Positions 48,191 to 57,788 of a DNA stretch of 64,000 bases are shown one piece after another; position 1 is the first letter of the stretch, and the number at the start of each line of letters is the position of its first letter. Origin of the DNA: an uncultured Chitinophagaceae bacterium. Its GTDB lineage: Bacteria; Planctomycetota; Planctomycetia; Pirellulales; UBA1268. A program made the position numbers and the translations under genes. The stretch lies in the NCBI GenBank assembly GCA_964600785.1, contig CAZRKH010000048.1, forward strand, positions 7,926 through 71,925, given 5' to 3'. The notes beneath the pieces were generated by a model. The model saw nothing but the letters and a program-made list of their open reading frames with translations. It was not told where the DNA came from and did no database searches.

Positions 48191-48760
48191 ATGAAATGCC
48201 AGCAGTGCGACAAAGTGGCCGTTTTTCACATCACCGAACTCGAGGAGGGCGGTGTCCGCGAACTGCACCTCTGCGAAGACCATGCACGCGGCTACCTGAC
48301 CCAAGCCGAGCCGGTCGCCGGAGAGCCGAAGTCATCGACCGGGGGGGCGATCTCGGGCCCCCTCTCGGTGAGCCACACCGCCGACGAACTCGCCGCCCTC
48401 GACCAGAAACAGTGCAGCATGTGCGGGATCACCTTTTTCGAATTCCGCAACCAGGGGCGGCTTGGCTGCCCGCACGACTACGCCCAGTTCGAGAAGGAGC
48501 TGGAACCGCTGATCTCCAACATCCACGGGGCGACCGAGCATGTCGGCCGCAGGCCTCGCCGGTATCCCGAGGGCACCGAGTCGCTGACGCGGGCGATCGG
48601 GATGCGGCGCGAGATGCAGCAGGCGGTGGAGTGCGAAGACTACGAGCACGCCGGCAGACTGCGGGACACCCTCAGGAAAATTGACGAGACGGTCCGCGGG
48701 TCGGCCGATCCGCCCGCTGATGCCGCCGGTTCGCAGGGAGGGTCTGGCGGTGGCGAATGA
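48191..48760 (+). CDS. mcsA: McsA-like protein (two Cys4 zinc fingers + UVR motif)
   Basis: MKCQQCDKVAVFHITE…LHLCEDH and CSMCGITFFEFRNQGRLGCPHDY, with UVR-like MRREMQQAVECEDYEHAGRLRDTL. Lies immediately upstream of mcsB. Confidence 0.78.
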   Translation: MKCQQCDKVAVFHITELEEGGVRELHLCEDHARGYLTQAEPVAGEPKSSTGGAISGPLSVSHTADELAALDQKQCSMCGITFFEFRNQGRLGCPHDYAQFEKELEPLISNIHGATEHVGRRPRRYPEGTESLTRAIGMRREMQQAVECEDYEHAGRLRDTLRKIDETVRGSADPPADAAGSQGGSGGGE

Positions 48761-49883
48761 ACCCCACGATGCAACCTCGGGTCCACCTTCCCAGGAGGGC
48801 TCCCAGGTGAAACTCGACACCCTCAGCCGGGCGATCGGCGAATGGCTGCGTGGCACCGGCCCGGAATCGGACATCGTGATGAGCAGCCGCGTGCGGCTGG
48901 CACGCAACGTGGCCCACTACCCATTCGTGAGCCGGGCGAGTGAAACGGAGCGTGGCGAGATCGAGCAGTTCCTCCGCGAGCAGGTGGCGGTGTCTCCCGC
49001 CGGCGGCGGGCTGGAGTACATCGATGTCGGGCACCTCGAAGAGGTCGATCGGCAGTTCCTCGTGGAGCGGCAGCTGATCAGCCGTGAGCATGCCGAGGCC
49101 GAAGGGGCCCGCGGTGTCGCGATCGACGGTCGTGAGCAGGTCAGCCTGATGATCAACGAGGAAGACCATCTCCGCATCCAGTGCATGCACAGCGGTCTCG
49201 ATCTTGCCGGTGCCTTCGAGCAGATTCGGCGGGTCGACGAGCGGATCGAGGAGGTCGTGCCCTACGCCTTCCATCCACGCTGGGGCTACCTCACCGCCTG
49301 TCCCACCAACGTGGGCACGGGTATTCGCGTGAGCGTGATGCTCCACCTGCCGGCGCTGGTCATCACCCGGCAGATCGACAAGGTCTTTCGCAGCCTGCAC
49401 AAGATCCACCTGGCGGTGCGAGGCCTCTACGGGGAGGGGTCGCAGGCGACCGGGGATTTCTACCAGATCTCCAACCAGACCACGCTCGGCAAGACCGAGG
49501 AGGATCTGATCTCGCAGGTGGGCGACGTGGTGCCCGTGCTCATCGAGTATGAGCGAAAGGCCAGGGACTACCTGATCAAGGAGACGGAACTCAACATCCA
49601 CGACCAGGTCAGCCGGGCCATCGGCATCCTCCGCACGGCCCAGACGATCAGCGCCGAGGAGACGATGCAGCACCTCTCGCGGGTGCGGATGGGCGTCTTC
49701 TTGGGCCTGCTCGGGGACGTCAAGATCTCCGATATCAACGCTTTGTTGGTGCGGACCCAGCCGGCCCATCTGCAGAAACTGCGGGGTATCGAACTCGATT
49801 CCAACGATCGCAACATCGAGCGGGCCCGTTATCTGCGACAGTATTTTGAGAATGCGGAAACCGGCGGCACGAGCGTCAATTGA
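48750..49883 (+). CDS. mcsB: Protein arginine kinase McsB (ATP:guanido phosphotransferase)
   Basis: SSRVRLARNVAHYPF and the phosphagen-kinase signature TACPTNVGTGIRVSVMLHLPAL. The GTG at 48750 overlaps the mcsA end. The start is uncertain (ATG 48681 and 48720 lie inside mcsA). Confidence 0.88.
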   Translation: MANEPHDATSGPPSQEGSQVKLDTLSRAIGEWLRGTGPESDIVMSSRVRLARNVAHYPFVSRASETERGEIEQFLREQVAVSPAGGGLEYIDVGHLEEVDRQFLVERQLISREHAEAEGARGVAIDGREQVSLMINEEDHLRIQCMHSGLDLAGAFEQIRRVDERIEEVVPYAFHPRWGYLTACPTNVGTGIRVSVMLHLPALVITRQIDKVFRSLHKIHLAVRGLYGEGSQATGDFYQISNQTTLGKTEEDLISQVGDVVPVLIEYERKARDYLIKETELNIHDQVSRAIGILRTAQTISAEETMQHLSRVRMGVFLGLLGDVKISDINALLVRTQPAHLQKLRGIELDSNDRNIERARYLRQYFENAETGGTSVN

Positions 49884-50409
49884 CGTTCCCCTGCCCCGCC
49901 CCGCCAGCTCGAAACTTCTCCCTCAGCGCCGCGATCACAGGGCCGGGCACGAACTGCTCGAGCGACGCGTCGTCGGCGAGCGGGGTGATCTGCTTCAGCA
50001 GCGATGACGAGACGTGGGAGAACTGGGCGTCGGTCATCAAAAACACCGTTTCGATTTCGGGATCGAGTTTGCGATTGGCCAACGACATCGTGAACTCCGC
50101 CTCGATGTCGGTCAGCGAACGCATGCCCCGCAGGAGCACCCGGGCGCCGTGCCGGCGAACGAAGGAGACCGCCAGGCCGTCAAACCGTTCGACCCGCACG
50201 TTGGCCAGGTCGGCCACCGAATCCCGCACCAGCCGCACCCGTTCGTCTGGCGAGAAGAGCGGGTCTTTGTCGGGGTTGATGCCGACGCCCACCACGACCG
50301 TGCGGAAGATTCGCGCGGCCCGCTGGATCACGTCAAGATGACCCAGCGTGACGGGATCGAAGGAGCCGGTGTAGACCGCGGCGGAATCTGCGGGATGTGT
50401 CTGCTGCAT
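49876..50409 (-). CDS. coaD: Phosphopantetheine adenylyltransferase
   Basis: AVYTGSFDPVTLGHLDVIQRA. The 3' end overlaps convergent mcsB by 8 bp. Confidence 0.95.
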   Translation of the reverse strand: MQQTHPADSAAVYTGSFDPVTLGHLDVIQRAARIFRTVVVGVGINPDKDPLFSPDERVRLVRDSVADLANVRVERFDGLAVSFVRRHGARVLLRGMRSLTDIEAEFTMSLANRKLDPEIETVFLMTDAQFSHVSSSLLKQITPLADDASLEQFVPGPVIAALREKFRAGGAGQGNVN

Positions 50410-50566
50410 CGGTTCTCCGCCCGGGAAGGCGATCGGGCGACGGGGATTGCGTGGTCGACGGGTGGCCGTGGACGCTTCAGGATCCGAAGGTATTGTAGGG
50501 AACTTCAGGGAGGTCCGGCCGGGCGGCCGGGCGGTGAATCATGCACAACGCGGGAGGCCTCGCTCA

Positions 50567-50749
50567 GTGTCGAAGCCGCTGTCCCTGACGGGCATGGTGA
50601 TCGCCGGGCTCGTCGGGGTCGTCTTTCTCGCCGATCTTGCCGTGGGATTTCCTTTTGCCCGTGCGAGCCTGGTGATCGATATCTGCCTGTTGATCGCCTC
50701 GCTGATCCTCGGCTACCTCGCCTGGACCATCATGCCGGTCAGGCGGTAG
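50567..50749 (+). CDS. Small two-TM membrane protein (60 aa)
   Basis: GTG at 50567 is preceded by GGGAGG at 50552-50557. Translation VSKPLSLTGMVIAGLVGVVFLADLAVGFPFARASLVIDICLLIASLILGYLAW. Confidence 0.4.
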   Translation: MSKPLSLTGMVIAGLVGVVFLADLAVGFPFARASLVIDICLLIASLILGYLAWTIMPVRR

Positions 50750-50932
50750 CAGACTGTGCAACAAGTCCGCCGCCGCCGGATGCGACCGGCGACCCCTGGA
50801 ACCTCGGCTTGTCGGGGAGTCGCTCACGTGGGCCTCGCGTGGGCCTCGCGTGAACTTTGTTCGCCCGCGTCCCCGCGGGGCAGGTGGCCATGGAGTGCTT
50901 TTTCAACGGGCAGTCGCGTGTCGCGCGTCCCG

Positions 50933-51637
50933 CTACGCCGCCCGCAGGATGTTTCCCCGCCCGGCAGTCGAGTCTCGGCCCTCGATCCGCGCGGGCAGTT
51001 CGCCCAGTCGGATGGTTCGGCAGCGGCCACGCCCCTCGTCCCGCGACACCCGGCGGAGTGCATGCTCGAGTTTTCGCAGGGCCACCGCGGCTGATTCCCG
51101 GGACGTTGAGCCGGTTTCGATGAATCGCAGGCTCGCGGCGGGCATCTCGCCGCTCCACGGCAAGCGAAGCCGCCGCCGCGGCGGCTCGAGCGAGGTCTCC
51201 CAAAGGCCCCACAGCAGGCTCCGGCAGGCCCAGCCCTGCGGGGGTGGTCGGCGACTCCTGCGTGGCTCGGGGTCGAACTGCCTCACGGCCGCGACACTGA
51301 TCCCCTCGGCGAGCAGCAGATCACGGTGGTCGAGCAGATGCGGGTCGTCCACGAAGGCCGCCGTCACCCCCGGGAGGCCGCGAATCGCCAGTCGCATCGC
51401 CGCACGGGAGGCTTGGCGGCGACATCCGCCGCGGCCGGCTTCGAGCCGCACCGCGAGGTCGCCCGCCGCGGTCGATGAGAGCCAGGCATCGGCATCCGAC
51501 GCGGAAACGATCCAGGTCACCCGCTGGCCTTCCCGCTCCGCGGCCTGTCGCCATGCCGCGGCCTCGCTCGGCCCGATTCCCCGAGGCGGATGGCAGCAGA
51601 TGACGAGGGTTGCGGGCTGTCGCTCGTTGTGTGCCAT
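50933..51637 (-). CDS. Hypothetical protein (234 aa)
   Basis: ATG at 51637 (MAHNERQPATLVICCHPPRG…). The portion of the 443-aa track ORF upstream of this ATG overlaps cobA/hemD. No family recognised. Confidence 0.45.
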   Translation of the reverse strand: MAHNERQPATLVICCHPPRGIGPSEAAAWRQAAEREGQRVTWIVSASDADAWLSSTAAGDLAVRLEAGRGGCRRQASRAAMRLAIRGLPGVTAAFVDDPHLLDHRDLLLAEGISVAAVRQFDPEPRRSRRPPPQGWACRSLLWGLWETSLEPPRRRLRLPWSGEMPAASLRFIETGSTSRESAAVALRKLEHALRRVSRDEGRGRCRTIRLGELPARIEGRDSTAGRGNILRAA

Positions 51638-51785
51638 GCGGACCTCGGCAGACCATCGGAATCGTGACGGGCCGAAAATGCCGTGGCATCCCCGACCGCA
51701 GGGGAATCGGTCAGGAGAGCGGCCGGCTTCAGTCGCTCCCGCGGCCGCCCGCACGGTCCGCAGAGGCGGAGCGAAGCTTCGCGGG

Positions 51786-53411
51786 TCAGCCCGATTGTGC
51801 GGCCCGGCGACCCCCCTGCTCGTGACCGTGGCGAGACTCCCAGTTGGCGATCGCCTCCACGAGACTGGCCATCGTCGGCTCCGCCGAAACCACCGTCGCG
51901 GTGAGCCCCTCGGCCGCGAGACGCTCGGCGGAGGCGGGGCTGTTGCAGGCCACTCGCCAGCCCGGTAGGAGGTCTCGGAAGAGCCGCACCGCAGCGGCGG
52001 TGATCGCCGGGCTCGTGAAGACGATCCAGTCGATGCCGGCCTTGGCGAGCTGCTCGTGTTCTCCTGGCTCGAGGGCCTCGACATCGCGGGTGGCGTAGGC
52101 GGCCACGCGGTCCACCTGGTGACCACGCCCGGCAAGCTGCCGCTGGAGCGTCTCGCGGCCACGGTCGGCCTGCAGAAGCAGGAACCGTCCTCCCGGCGGG
52201 ACGGAGGCAAAGGCCTCGAGCAGGCCCTCCGACGACTGGACCTGTGGCAGCAGGTCGCAGGCAAGCCCCCGCTGAGCCAGCTCCGCGGCGGTCCGTTCGC
52301 CGACCGCGGCGAGCCTCGCCGTGCCGAGCAGACGGGCGTCGCCCCACTGACCGAGCTGATCGGTAAACGCGGCCACCGCGTTGACGCTCGAGAACACGAT
52401 CCAGTCGAAGGAGGCAGCCTGCCGCACCGCCTCCTCGAGCAGGTCGGGTTGTGGCGGAGGTTCGATGGTCGTCACCGGCCTGTGCAGGCACTCGGCGCCC
52501 TCGGCTGCCAGGGCCGCGGCGAAAAGGCCGGCCTGGCCGGCCGGCCGGGTGACAAGCACCCTTCGTCCGGCAAGTCGTCCTGGTGAGGCGGGCTCGCGGC
52601 CGGCTACCGATGCGACGCGGCCCACGATGATCACCGCCGGCGACGGCCAGCCCCGGAGCTGGGAATCATCCCGCAGGCCCGCCAGCGTGGTCGCTCGCAT
52701 TTTCTCATCGGGCCAGCCGCAGCGGCTTACGGCCACCACGGGAGTCGCCGGGTCGGCTCCGGCGGCCAGCAGGGATTTCGTCCAGGCATCGATCCGCTCC
52801 AGCCCCATGTAGACCACGAGCGTTCCGGGGAGCCGGGCGAGGCTGGGGAAATCACAGCCGCCCTCGGCGTCGGCCCGGTGGCCGGTGGTGAGGGTCAAAC
52901 TCGAGGCGTCGCTGCGGCTGGTGAGTGGCACACCCGCGGCGGCGGCGGCGGCCACCGCCGCTGTCACGCCGGGCACGATCTCGATGGGGATGCCCGCCTC
53001 CCGCAGCGGCTGCAGTTCTTCGGCAAGCCTGGCGAACACTGTCGGGTCGCCCCCTTTGAGCCGCACGACCCGCTGACCACCGCCGGCGAGTTTTGCGAGC
53101 AACCGCCCTGTCGCCTCCCCCGGGTCGATTCCCGCAGCAGGCTGCCGGTCGGCCCCGGCGGCCGGATCAATGCCATGGCTCCCTTCGCCGCTGCCACGGA
53201 CCACCGGAATCCGCTCGGCGAGCGTCGAGGCGGCGTCGAGCACCGCGGGGGGCACCAGGCTGTCGTGCACGATCACGTCGGCCTCCTGCAGACACCGCAG
53301 GGCCCGCAGCGTGAGCAGTTGGGGATCACCCGGCCCGGCCCCCACGAACCGCACCACGCCCCGGGCTGAGGACACATTACCGCGGGGGCCGTCTGGTGGG
53401 GCTGGAGTCAT
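51786..53411 (-). CDS. cobA: Uroporphyrinogen-III C-methyltransferase / uroporphyrinogen-III synthase fusion
   Basis: N-terminal SUMT motifs VRFVGAGPGDPQLLTLRA and LKGGDPTVFARLAEE. C-terminal HemD-like half (RRVLVTRPAGQAGLFAAAL…). Confidence 0.9.
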   Translation of the reverse strand: MTPAPPDGPRGNVSSARGVVRFVGAGPGDPQLLTLRALRCLQEADVIVHDSLVPPAVLDAASTLAERIPVVRGSGEGSHGIDPAAGADRQPAAGIDPGEATGRLLAKLAGGGQRVVRLKGGDPTVFARLAEELQPLREAGIPIEIVPGVTAAVAAAAAAGVPLTSRSDASSLTLTTGHRADAEGGCDFPSLARLPGTLVVYMGLERIDAWTKSLLAAGADPATPVVAVSRCGWPDEKMRATTLAGLRDDSQLRGWPSPAVIIVGRVASVAGREPASPGRLAGRRVLVTRPAGQAGLFAAALAAEGAECLHRPVTTIEPPPQPDLLEEAVRQAASFDWIVFSSVNAVAAFTDQLGQWGDARLLGTARLAAVGERTAAELAQRGLACDLLPQVQSSEGLLEAFASVPPGGRFLLLQADRGRETLQRQLAGRGHQVDRVAAYATRDVEALEPGEHEQLAKAGIDWIVFTSPAITAAAVRLFRDLLPGWRVACNSPASAERLAAEGLTATVVSAEPTMASLVEAIANWESRHGHEQGGRRAAQSG

Positions 53412-53543
53412 CGGGGAAATTCGAAACCGTCCTTGAAAAGCAGTCTGAATTGAGGGCGGCGAGCCTGCCGACTACAGTACCCAGGTGACGGGCTTTGAAA
53501 AGATGGTACCGCGTGCGAAGGATGACCGGTCCGACTGGGCACC

Positions 53544-54914
53544 ATGGCGAACGAACCGACGGAGGAATCCCACGCCGCGGCCGATCCCCTATCCTCGGCA
53601 GAGAGGTCGAGGCTGACCCAGTGCTTCCAGCGGGGCCAGCAGAACGCCGACGCGAACGTCGACTACGCGGTCGAGATGTTCGCCACCTGCGTGCGGGGAG
53701 ACCCCGCCAGCGCCGTCTATCTGCAGCACTTGCTCGGCGCTTTGAAGATGAAGTTCGTCGGCAAGCGGCCGGGCGGGCTCTCGGCGGTCTGGGCGATCCA
53801 GCCCAAGGCCAAAATGCGAAAGGCCGCCTCCGCCGCCCAGTGGCTCGATGTCCTCGCCACGGGTCTCGAGATCCTCAAGAAGAACCCCTTCGACCACGGC
53901 TGCCTGCTGGCGATGGCCGAGGCCTGCGGGAACATGCTCTATCTCGAGTCTCAGCGAACCTACCTCAAAGCGGCGCTCGACGCGGCCCCCAACGATGTGG
54001 AGGTCAACCGCCAGTGCGCCCGCTTCCTCGCCGACCGCGGGGAGTTCGACCAGGCGATCGCCTGCTGGGTGCGGGTCTCGACCAATCGCTCGGTGGCCGA
54101 GGAGGCTCAGAAGGAAATCGCCCGGCTGCAGGTCGAGAAGACGATCGTCGCCGGCAGGGGCAAACGCGGCGGTGACGAGAGCGGTGGGAAGGTCACGCCC
54201 GCCGACCGGCTGGCCGGCCTTCAGGCCCGGCATGGCGAGGATCCGGCGAACATCGACGTGGCGTTGGAGTTGGCCGACCTGCTCGAGCGGGAGGCCACGG
54301 CGGAACAGGCGGAGAAGGTGCTCACCGACACGCTCGCTGCGAGCGGCAACGATCTGAAGGTTCGTGAGCATCTCGAGGACCGCCAGATGCGATGGGCCCG
54401 GCAGCGGGTGCTCGTGGCCGAGAAGCGGTATGCCGAGCAGAAGAGCGAGCCGCACCAGCACTCGCTCGAACGGCTCCGCCGGGAACTGCTCAAACTCGAG
54501 ATCGACGTCTATGCCGCCCGGGCGGCACGCTACCCGGAGAACATCACCTGGAAATACGAACTCGCCCTGCGGCTCAAGCAGGCCGGCAAGTTCGCCGAAG
54601 CGATCCAGCACTTCCAGGAGGTGCTTCAGGATCCCCGGCGGCAGGGCCTTGTGGCATTGGAACTCGGGGAATGCTTCCAGAAAATCAAGCAATACCCCCT
54701 GGCGATGCAGAACTACACGCTCGCGGTCAACAGCCTCTCCGACCGCGAGATTGACCATCGCAAGCGGGCCCTCTACCGGGCGGGGGTGCTCGCCACGGGC
54801 CTCAACGACCACGACGCGGCCCGCAAACACCTCTCGACCCTCGCCGGGCTCGATTTCGGCTACCGAGACGTGGCCACCCGGCTGGACAAGCTCTCGGGGA
54901 TGGGTGATAACTGA
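53544..54914 (+). CDS. TPR-repeat protein (456 aa)
   Basis: Multiple TPR-like repeats (YELALRLKQAGKFAEAIQHFQEVLQDP; ALELGECFQKIKQYPLAMQNYTLAV). Confidence 0.8.
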   Translation: MANEPTEESHAAADPLSSAERSRLTQCFQRGQQNADANVDYAVEMFATCVRGDPASAVYLQHLLGALKMKFVGKRPGGLSAVWAIQPKAKMRKAASAAQWLDVLATGLEILKKNPFDHGCLLAMAEACGNMLYLESQRTYLKAALDAAPNDVEVNRQCARFLADRGEFDQAIACWVRVSTNRSVAEEAQKEIARLQVEKTIVAGRGKRGGDESGGKVTPADRLAGLQARHGEDPANIDVALELADLLEREATAEQAEKVLTDTLAASGNDLKVREHLEDRQMRWARQRVLVAEKRYAEQKSEPHQHSLERLRRELLKLEIDVYAARAARYPENITWKYELALRLKQAGKFAEAIQHFQEVLQDPRRQGLVALELGECFQKIKQYPLAMQNYTLAVNSLSDREIDHRKRALYRAGVLATGLNDHDAARKHLSTLAGLDFGYRDVATRLDKLSGMGDN

Positions 54915-54922
54915 GGCGAGCG

Positions 54923-54942
54923 GGGATCGGCCAGCCGATCCC
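54923..54942 (+). terminator. Hairpin after the TPR gene (GGGATCGG-CCAG-CCGATCCC)
   Basis: Perfect 8-bp stem 9 bp after the stop, followed by GTGCTTGTG. It has only a weak U-tract. Confidence 0.35.
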
Positions 54943-54998
54943 GTGCTTGTGCCCCGAGAGCGATAGCGAGGTGCCGGGAGATTCCGGCAAGCGACACG

Positions 54999-55277
54999 AT
55001 GCCCAACACCGCCAGCGCCAAAAAACGGCTTCGCCAGAATGTCCACCGCCGCGAGCGGAACCGGATTGCCAAGTCGAGGATCAAGACGGAAGCTCGCAAA
55101 CTGTTCGAAGCGATCGACTCTGGCGATCTTGCGGCCGCCCGCGACGCCTTCCGCGGCGTGGCCAAGCGTGCCGATCGGGCCGCGGCCCACGGGGTGATCC
55201 ACGCCAACCGCGCCGCCCGCATCAAGTCGCGGCTTTCGGCAAGGGTGCGGAAGCTCGCCCTGCCGCAGGATGCCTGA
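54999..55277 (+). CDS. rpsT: 30S ribosomal protein S20
   Basis: MPNTASAKKRLRQNVHRRERNRIAKSRIKT. Confidence 0.95.
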   Translation: MPNTASAKKRLRQNVHRRERNRIAKSRIKTEARKLFEAIDSGDLAAARDAFRGVAKRADRAAAHGVIHANRAARIKSRLSARVRKLALPQDA

Positions 55278-55311
55278 GAGGAATTCGCGAGGGCTTCCGA
55301 ACCCTCGCGGG

Positions 55312-56223
55312 TCAGGTCTCCCAGACGACGTCGGCTGCATCAAAGACGGGTCCCTCGACGCAGGTGCGGCGATAGTCCCAGCCTCCCTGGCCGTCGCGGA
55401 TCGGTGCGACGCAGGTGAAGCAGATGCCCACCCCGCAGGCCATCGGTGTCTCGAGCGAGACATCACAGCCAATGTGATGTCCGGCTGCCCAGCGGCTGAC
55501 CGCGGCCATCATCGCCTCGGGGCCGCAGCAGGCGATGCGGGTTGTGTCCGCACCGCCGGAGAGCTGAGGGCCGAGCATGTCGTCGAGCAGGTCGACCACC
55601 GTGCCGGTGGTTCCGTGGGAGCCGTCGATCGTGGCGGTGCGGACATCGATCCCCGCACCGCGAAATTCCTCGATTCCCGCAAAGAGCCCGGCGTGCCGGG
55701 CACCCCAGGCCATGCTCACACGCTTCGCCCGTGGGGCCGCCCGCGGAACAAGGCCGTAGGACGCCCCGCCAAGCCGCTCGCGGCCGAGCATCAAAAGGGC
55801 GGTCTGGCCAATGCCACCGGCCACGAGCACCAGGTGGTCGACCGGCGGTGGATCGTAGCCGTTGCCCAGGGGCCCCCAGGCCAGCAGCTCGCAGCCCGCG
55901 GCGACGCCGGCAAGAGCCCGGGTGAAGCGGCCCTGGACGAGGTAGAGAAGGTCGAGTGTCTCCGCTTTTGGTCCGCCACATGGCCTCCCGTCGGGCCCGT
56001 GGGTGTCGAAGACCGCCAGAGGCCGGGCCAGTAACGGGTCGTCGCGGCCCGGCAGGCGAAGCATCACGAACTGCCCTGGCAGCGACGCCGCCGCCAGTGC
56101 CGGACAGGCGAGCCTGATTCTCCATGTCCGCTCGGCCACCTGCTCGTGGGCTGTCACCAGCGGACGGTGGACGGCCCGAGCGGCCATTGACGGCGGGGAT
56201 TCGTGCTGCTGGGTCTCGTGCAT
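55312..56223 (-). CDS. pyrK: Dihydroorotate dehydrogenase electron-transfer subunit (PyrK-like FAD/NAD/2Fe-2S protein)
   Basis: C-terminal Cys cluster ETPMACGVGICFTCV…RTCVEGPVF. No pyrD is adjacent. Confidence 0.82.
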   Translation of the reverse strand: MHETQQHESPPSMAARAVHRPLVTAHEQVAERTWRIRLACPALAAASLPGQFVMLRLPGRDDPLLARPLAVFDTHGPDGRPCGGPKAETLDLLYLVQGRFTRALAGVAAGCELLAWGPLGNGYDPPPVDHLVLVAGGIGQTALLMLGRERLGGASYGLVPRAAPRAKRVSMAWGARHAGLFAGIEEFRGAGIDVRTATIDGSHGTTGTVVDLLDDMLGPQLSGGADTTRIACCGPEAMMAAVSRWAAGHHIGCDVSLETPMACGVGICFTCVAPIRDGQGGWDYRRTCVEGPVFDAADVVWET

Positions 56224-56256
56224 CTTCGGTGGCCTTCGGTGGAGGGCCTTGCGGTG

Positions 56257-57279
56257 TCAGCCGGCCGGCCTCGGCTTCCGCCAGGAACTCGCCCGGCCCG
56301 GTCGCCGCCGTCTCGGCGGGGCTCCGCCAGCCGGCCTTTTCCTGCCGGGGGTGCCGCGACTGCGAGGTCGTTCCTGCTGCCGGCGATCGGTCGCCGGCCC
56401 GCCGGCCTGCTCGAGTGATCGAATCTCCCCCCAGCTCAGCGGTCGTGACTCTCCCGGGAGCAAAGTCCCCAGCGAGAGCGGCCCGATTGCGATCCGCTTG
56501 AGCTGCTGGACCTTGTGGCCGCAGGCGGCGAGCATCCGACGGATCTCGCGGTTTTTTCCCTCGTCGAGCACCAGCTCGACCACCGCGCTGTGCTTGTGCC
56601 GTGACCGGACCGCGACCCGCCGGGCCTGGGCCCTGCCCTCGGCGAGGCGGATGCCCCGCCGCAGCTGGTCGAGCGTCTCCTCGGAGGGCAGGCCGGCGAC
56701 CTGCACGAGATAGGTTTTCTCCACGCCATAGCGTGGGTGGGCGAGCCGGTTGGCCAGTTCGCCATCGTTGGTCAGCAGGATCAGGCCCTCACTGGAACGA
56801 TCCAGCCGGCCCACCGCGAAGAGCCGTTCTCGGCTGGGCACCAGGTCGATCACCCGCGGCCTGCCTGAGGGATCGTAGTTGGTGGTCACGACACCGACCG
56901 GCTTGTTGAGCATGATCACCACCCGCCGCGGCGAGGGCAGCCGCTCGCCGTCAACGCGGATTTCCTGCCGCGACGGATCGACTTTGGTGCCAAGTTCGGT
57001 GACGGTTTCACGGTCCACCTCGACACGCCCTTGTTCGATCAGGGTCTCGCATTGACGACGGCTTCCAATCCCCGCCGCAGCAAGCGCCTTGTGCAGTCGT
57101 TGAAGCTCCGGCTCATCGGTAAGCCTGTCGGGGGAATCGGGTCGCTCGGGCCGGGCGGCCGTCGGCTCTGCACCCCTCCGCACAATTCGCGATGGGCGGC
57201 GACGGGCAGGTCCTGCGGAACCGCCCGGAGGACGCCGAGAGGGCCTGGGGGATCGCGAAGGTCGCTCTCTGGCGGGCAC
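56257..57279 (-). CDS. rluB: 23S rRNA pseudouridine synthase, RsuA/RluB family
   Basis: S4 domain (LHKALAAAGIGSRRQCETLIEQGRVEVD), catalytic GRLDRSSEGLILLTNDGEL, and Arg-rich termini. Confidence 0.9.
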   Translation of the reverse strand: MPARERPSRSPRPSRRPPGGSAGPARRRPSRIVRRGAEPTAARPERPDSPDRLTDEPELQRLHKALAAAGIGSRRQCETLIEQGRVEVDRETVTELGTKVDPSRQEIRVDGERLPSPRRVVIMLNKPVGVVTTNYDPSGRPRVIDLVPSRERLFAVGRLDRSSEGLILLTNDGELANRLAHPRYGVEKTYLVQVAGLPSEETLDQLRRGIRLAEGRAQARRVAVRSRHKHSAVVELVLDEGKNREIRRMLAACGHKVQQLKRIAIGPLSLGTLLPGESRPLSWGEIRSLEQAGGPATDRRQQERPRSRGTPGRKRPAGGAPPRRRRPGRASSWRKPRPAG

Positions 57280-57366
57280 GGGCAGGACTGCCTGCGGGGT
57301 GGTGATGGAAGCGAAGCCGATACCAGGATCATACCGGTCGGCCGCAGGCCGGGAAGCGAGCGGTGC

Positions 57367-57648
57367 TCAACGGCCGTTGGACCACCATCGCGAGCGTTCC
57401 ACCTCGGTGATCGGCTCGGCATAGTCCCGCGGTCGGGTGCCGTCCATCAGCGGCAGGCGAAACTGGTAGGGACCGATGTCGTTCTGCAGAAAAGGGTCGA
57501 ATCGAACCGCCCTTCGTCGCTGCGTTGCCTCGGGGCCGGGCCGCAACCAGTCTGGGCGGCCCAGCGCCGCGCAGCCCCCGCCGGCCAGGAGGCCGCAGGC
57601 CGCGAGGAGGGCCGCAGCCTGGATTCTCAGCATCGGTTGACGGAGCAT
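57367..57648 (-). CDS. Small lipoprotein (about 93 aa)
   Basis: ATG at 57648 or 57633. Lipobox LLAACGLLAGGGC. No family recognised. Confidence 0.5.
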   Translation of the reverse strand: MLRQPMLRIQAAALLAACGLLAGGGCAALGRPDWLRPGPEATQRRRAVRFDPFLQNDIGPYQFRLPLMDGTRPRDYAEPITEVERSRWWSNGR

Positions 57649-57788
57649 GCGAAGACTGCTGTCGGGGGAGCGGGCCGGGCGGAGTGTAGGGAAGCCCCGG
57701 CCGATTCCCAATCCGGTTTTCCCGCCTGGAATCGCGGTCCCGAGGGTCGCGACAGCCGCATCGCGTGGCGGGCCTGTCGCCGAGACTG

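Noticed and set aside
50827-50852. 11-bp tandem duplication CGTGGGCCTCG x2 in the convergent spacer after the small membrane ORF
   Set aside because: It is a very short, single duplication in a GC-rich spacer with no associated structure or gene. It is most likely a replication-slippage footprint.
50850-51968. 372-aa plus-strand ORF across the 50.9-52.0 kb region
   Set aside because: Its Arg/Ser/Pro/Ala-rich low-complexity translation lies antisense to the 50933-51637 ORF and to cobA/hemD. This is typical of a shadow ORF in high-GC DNA.
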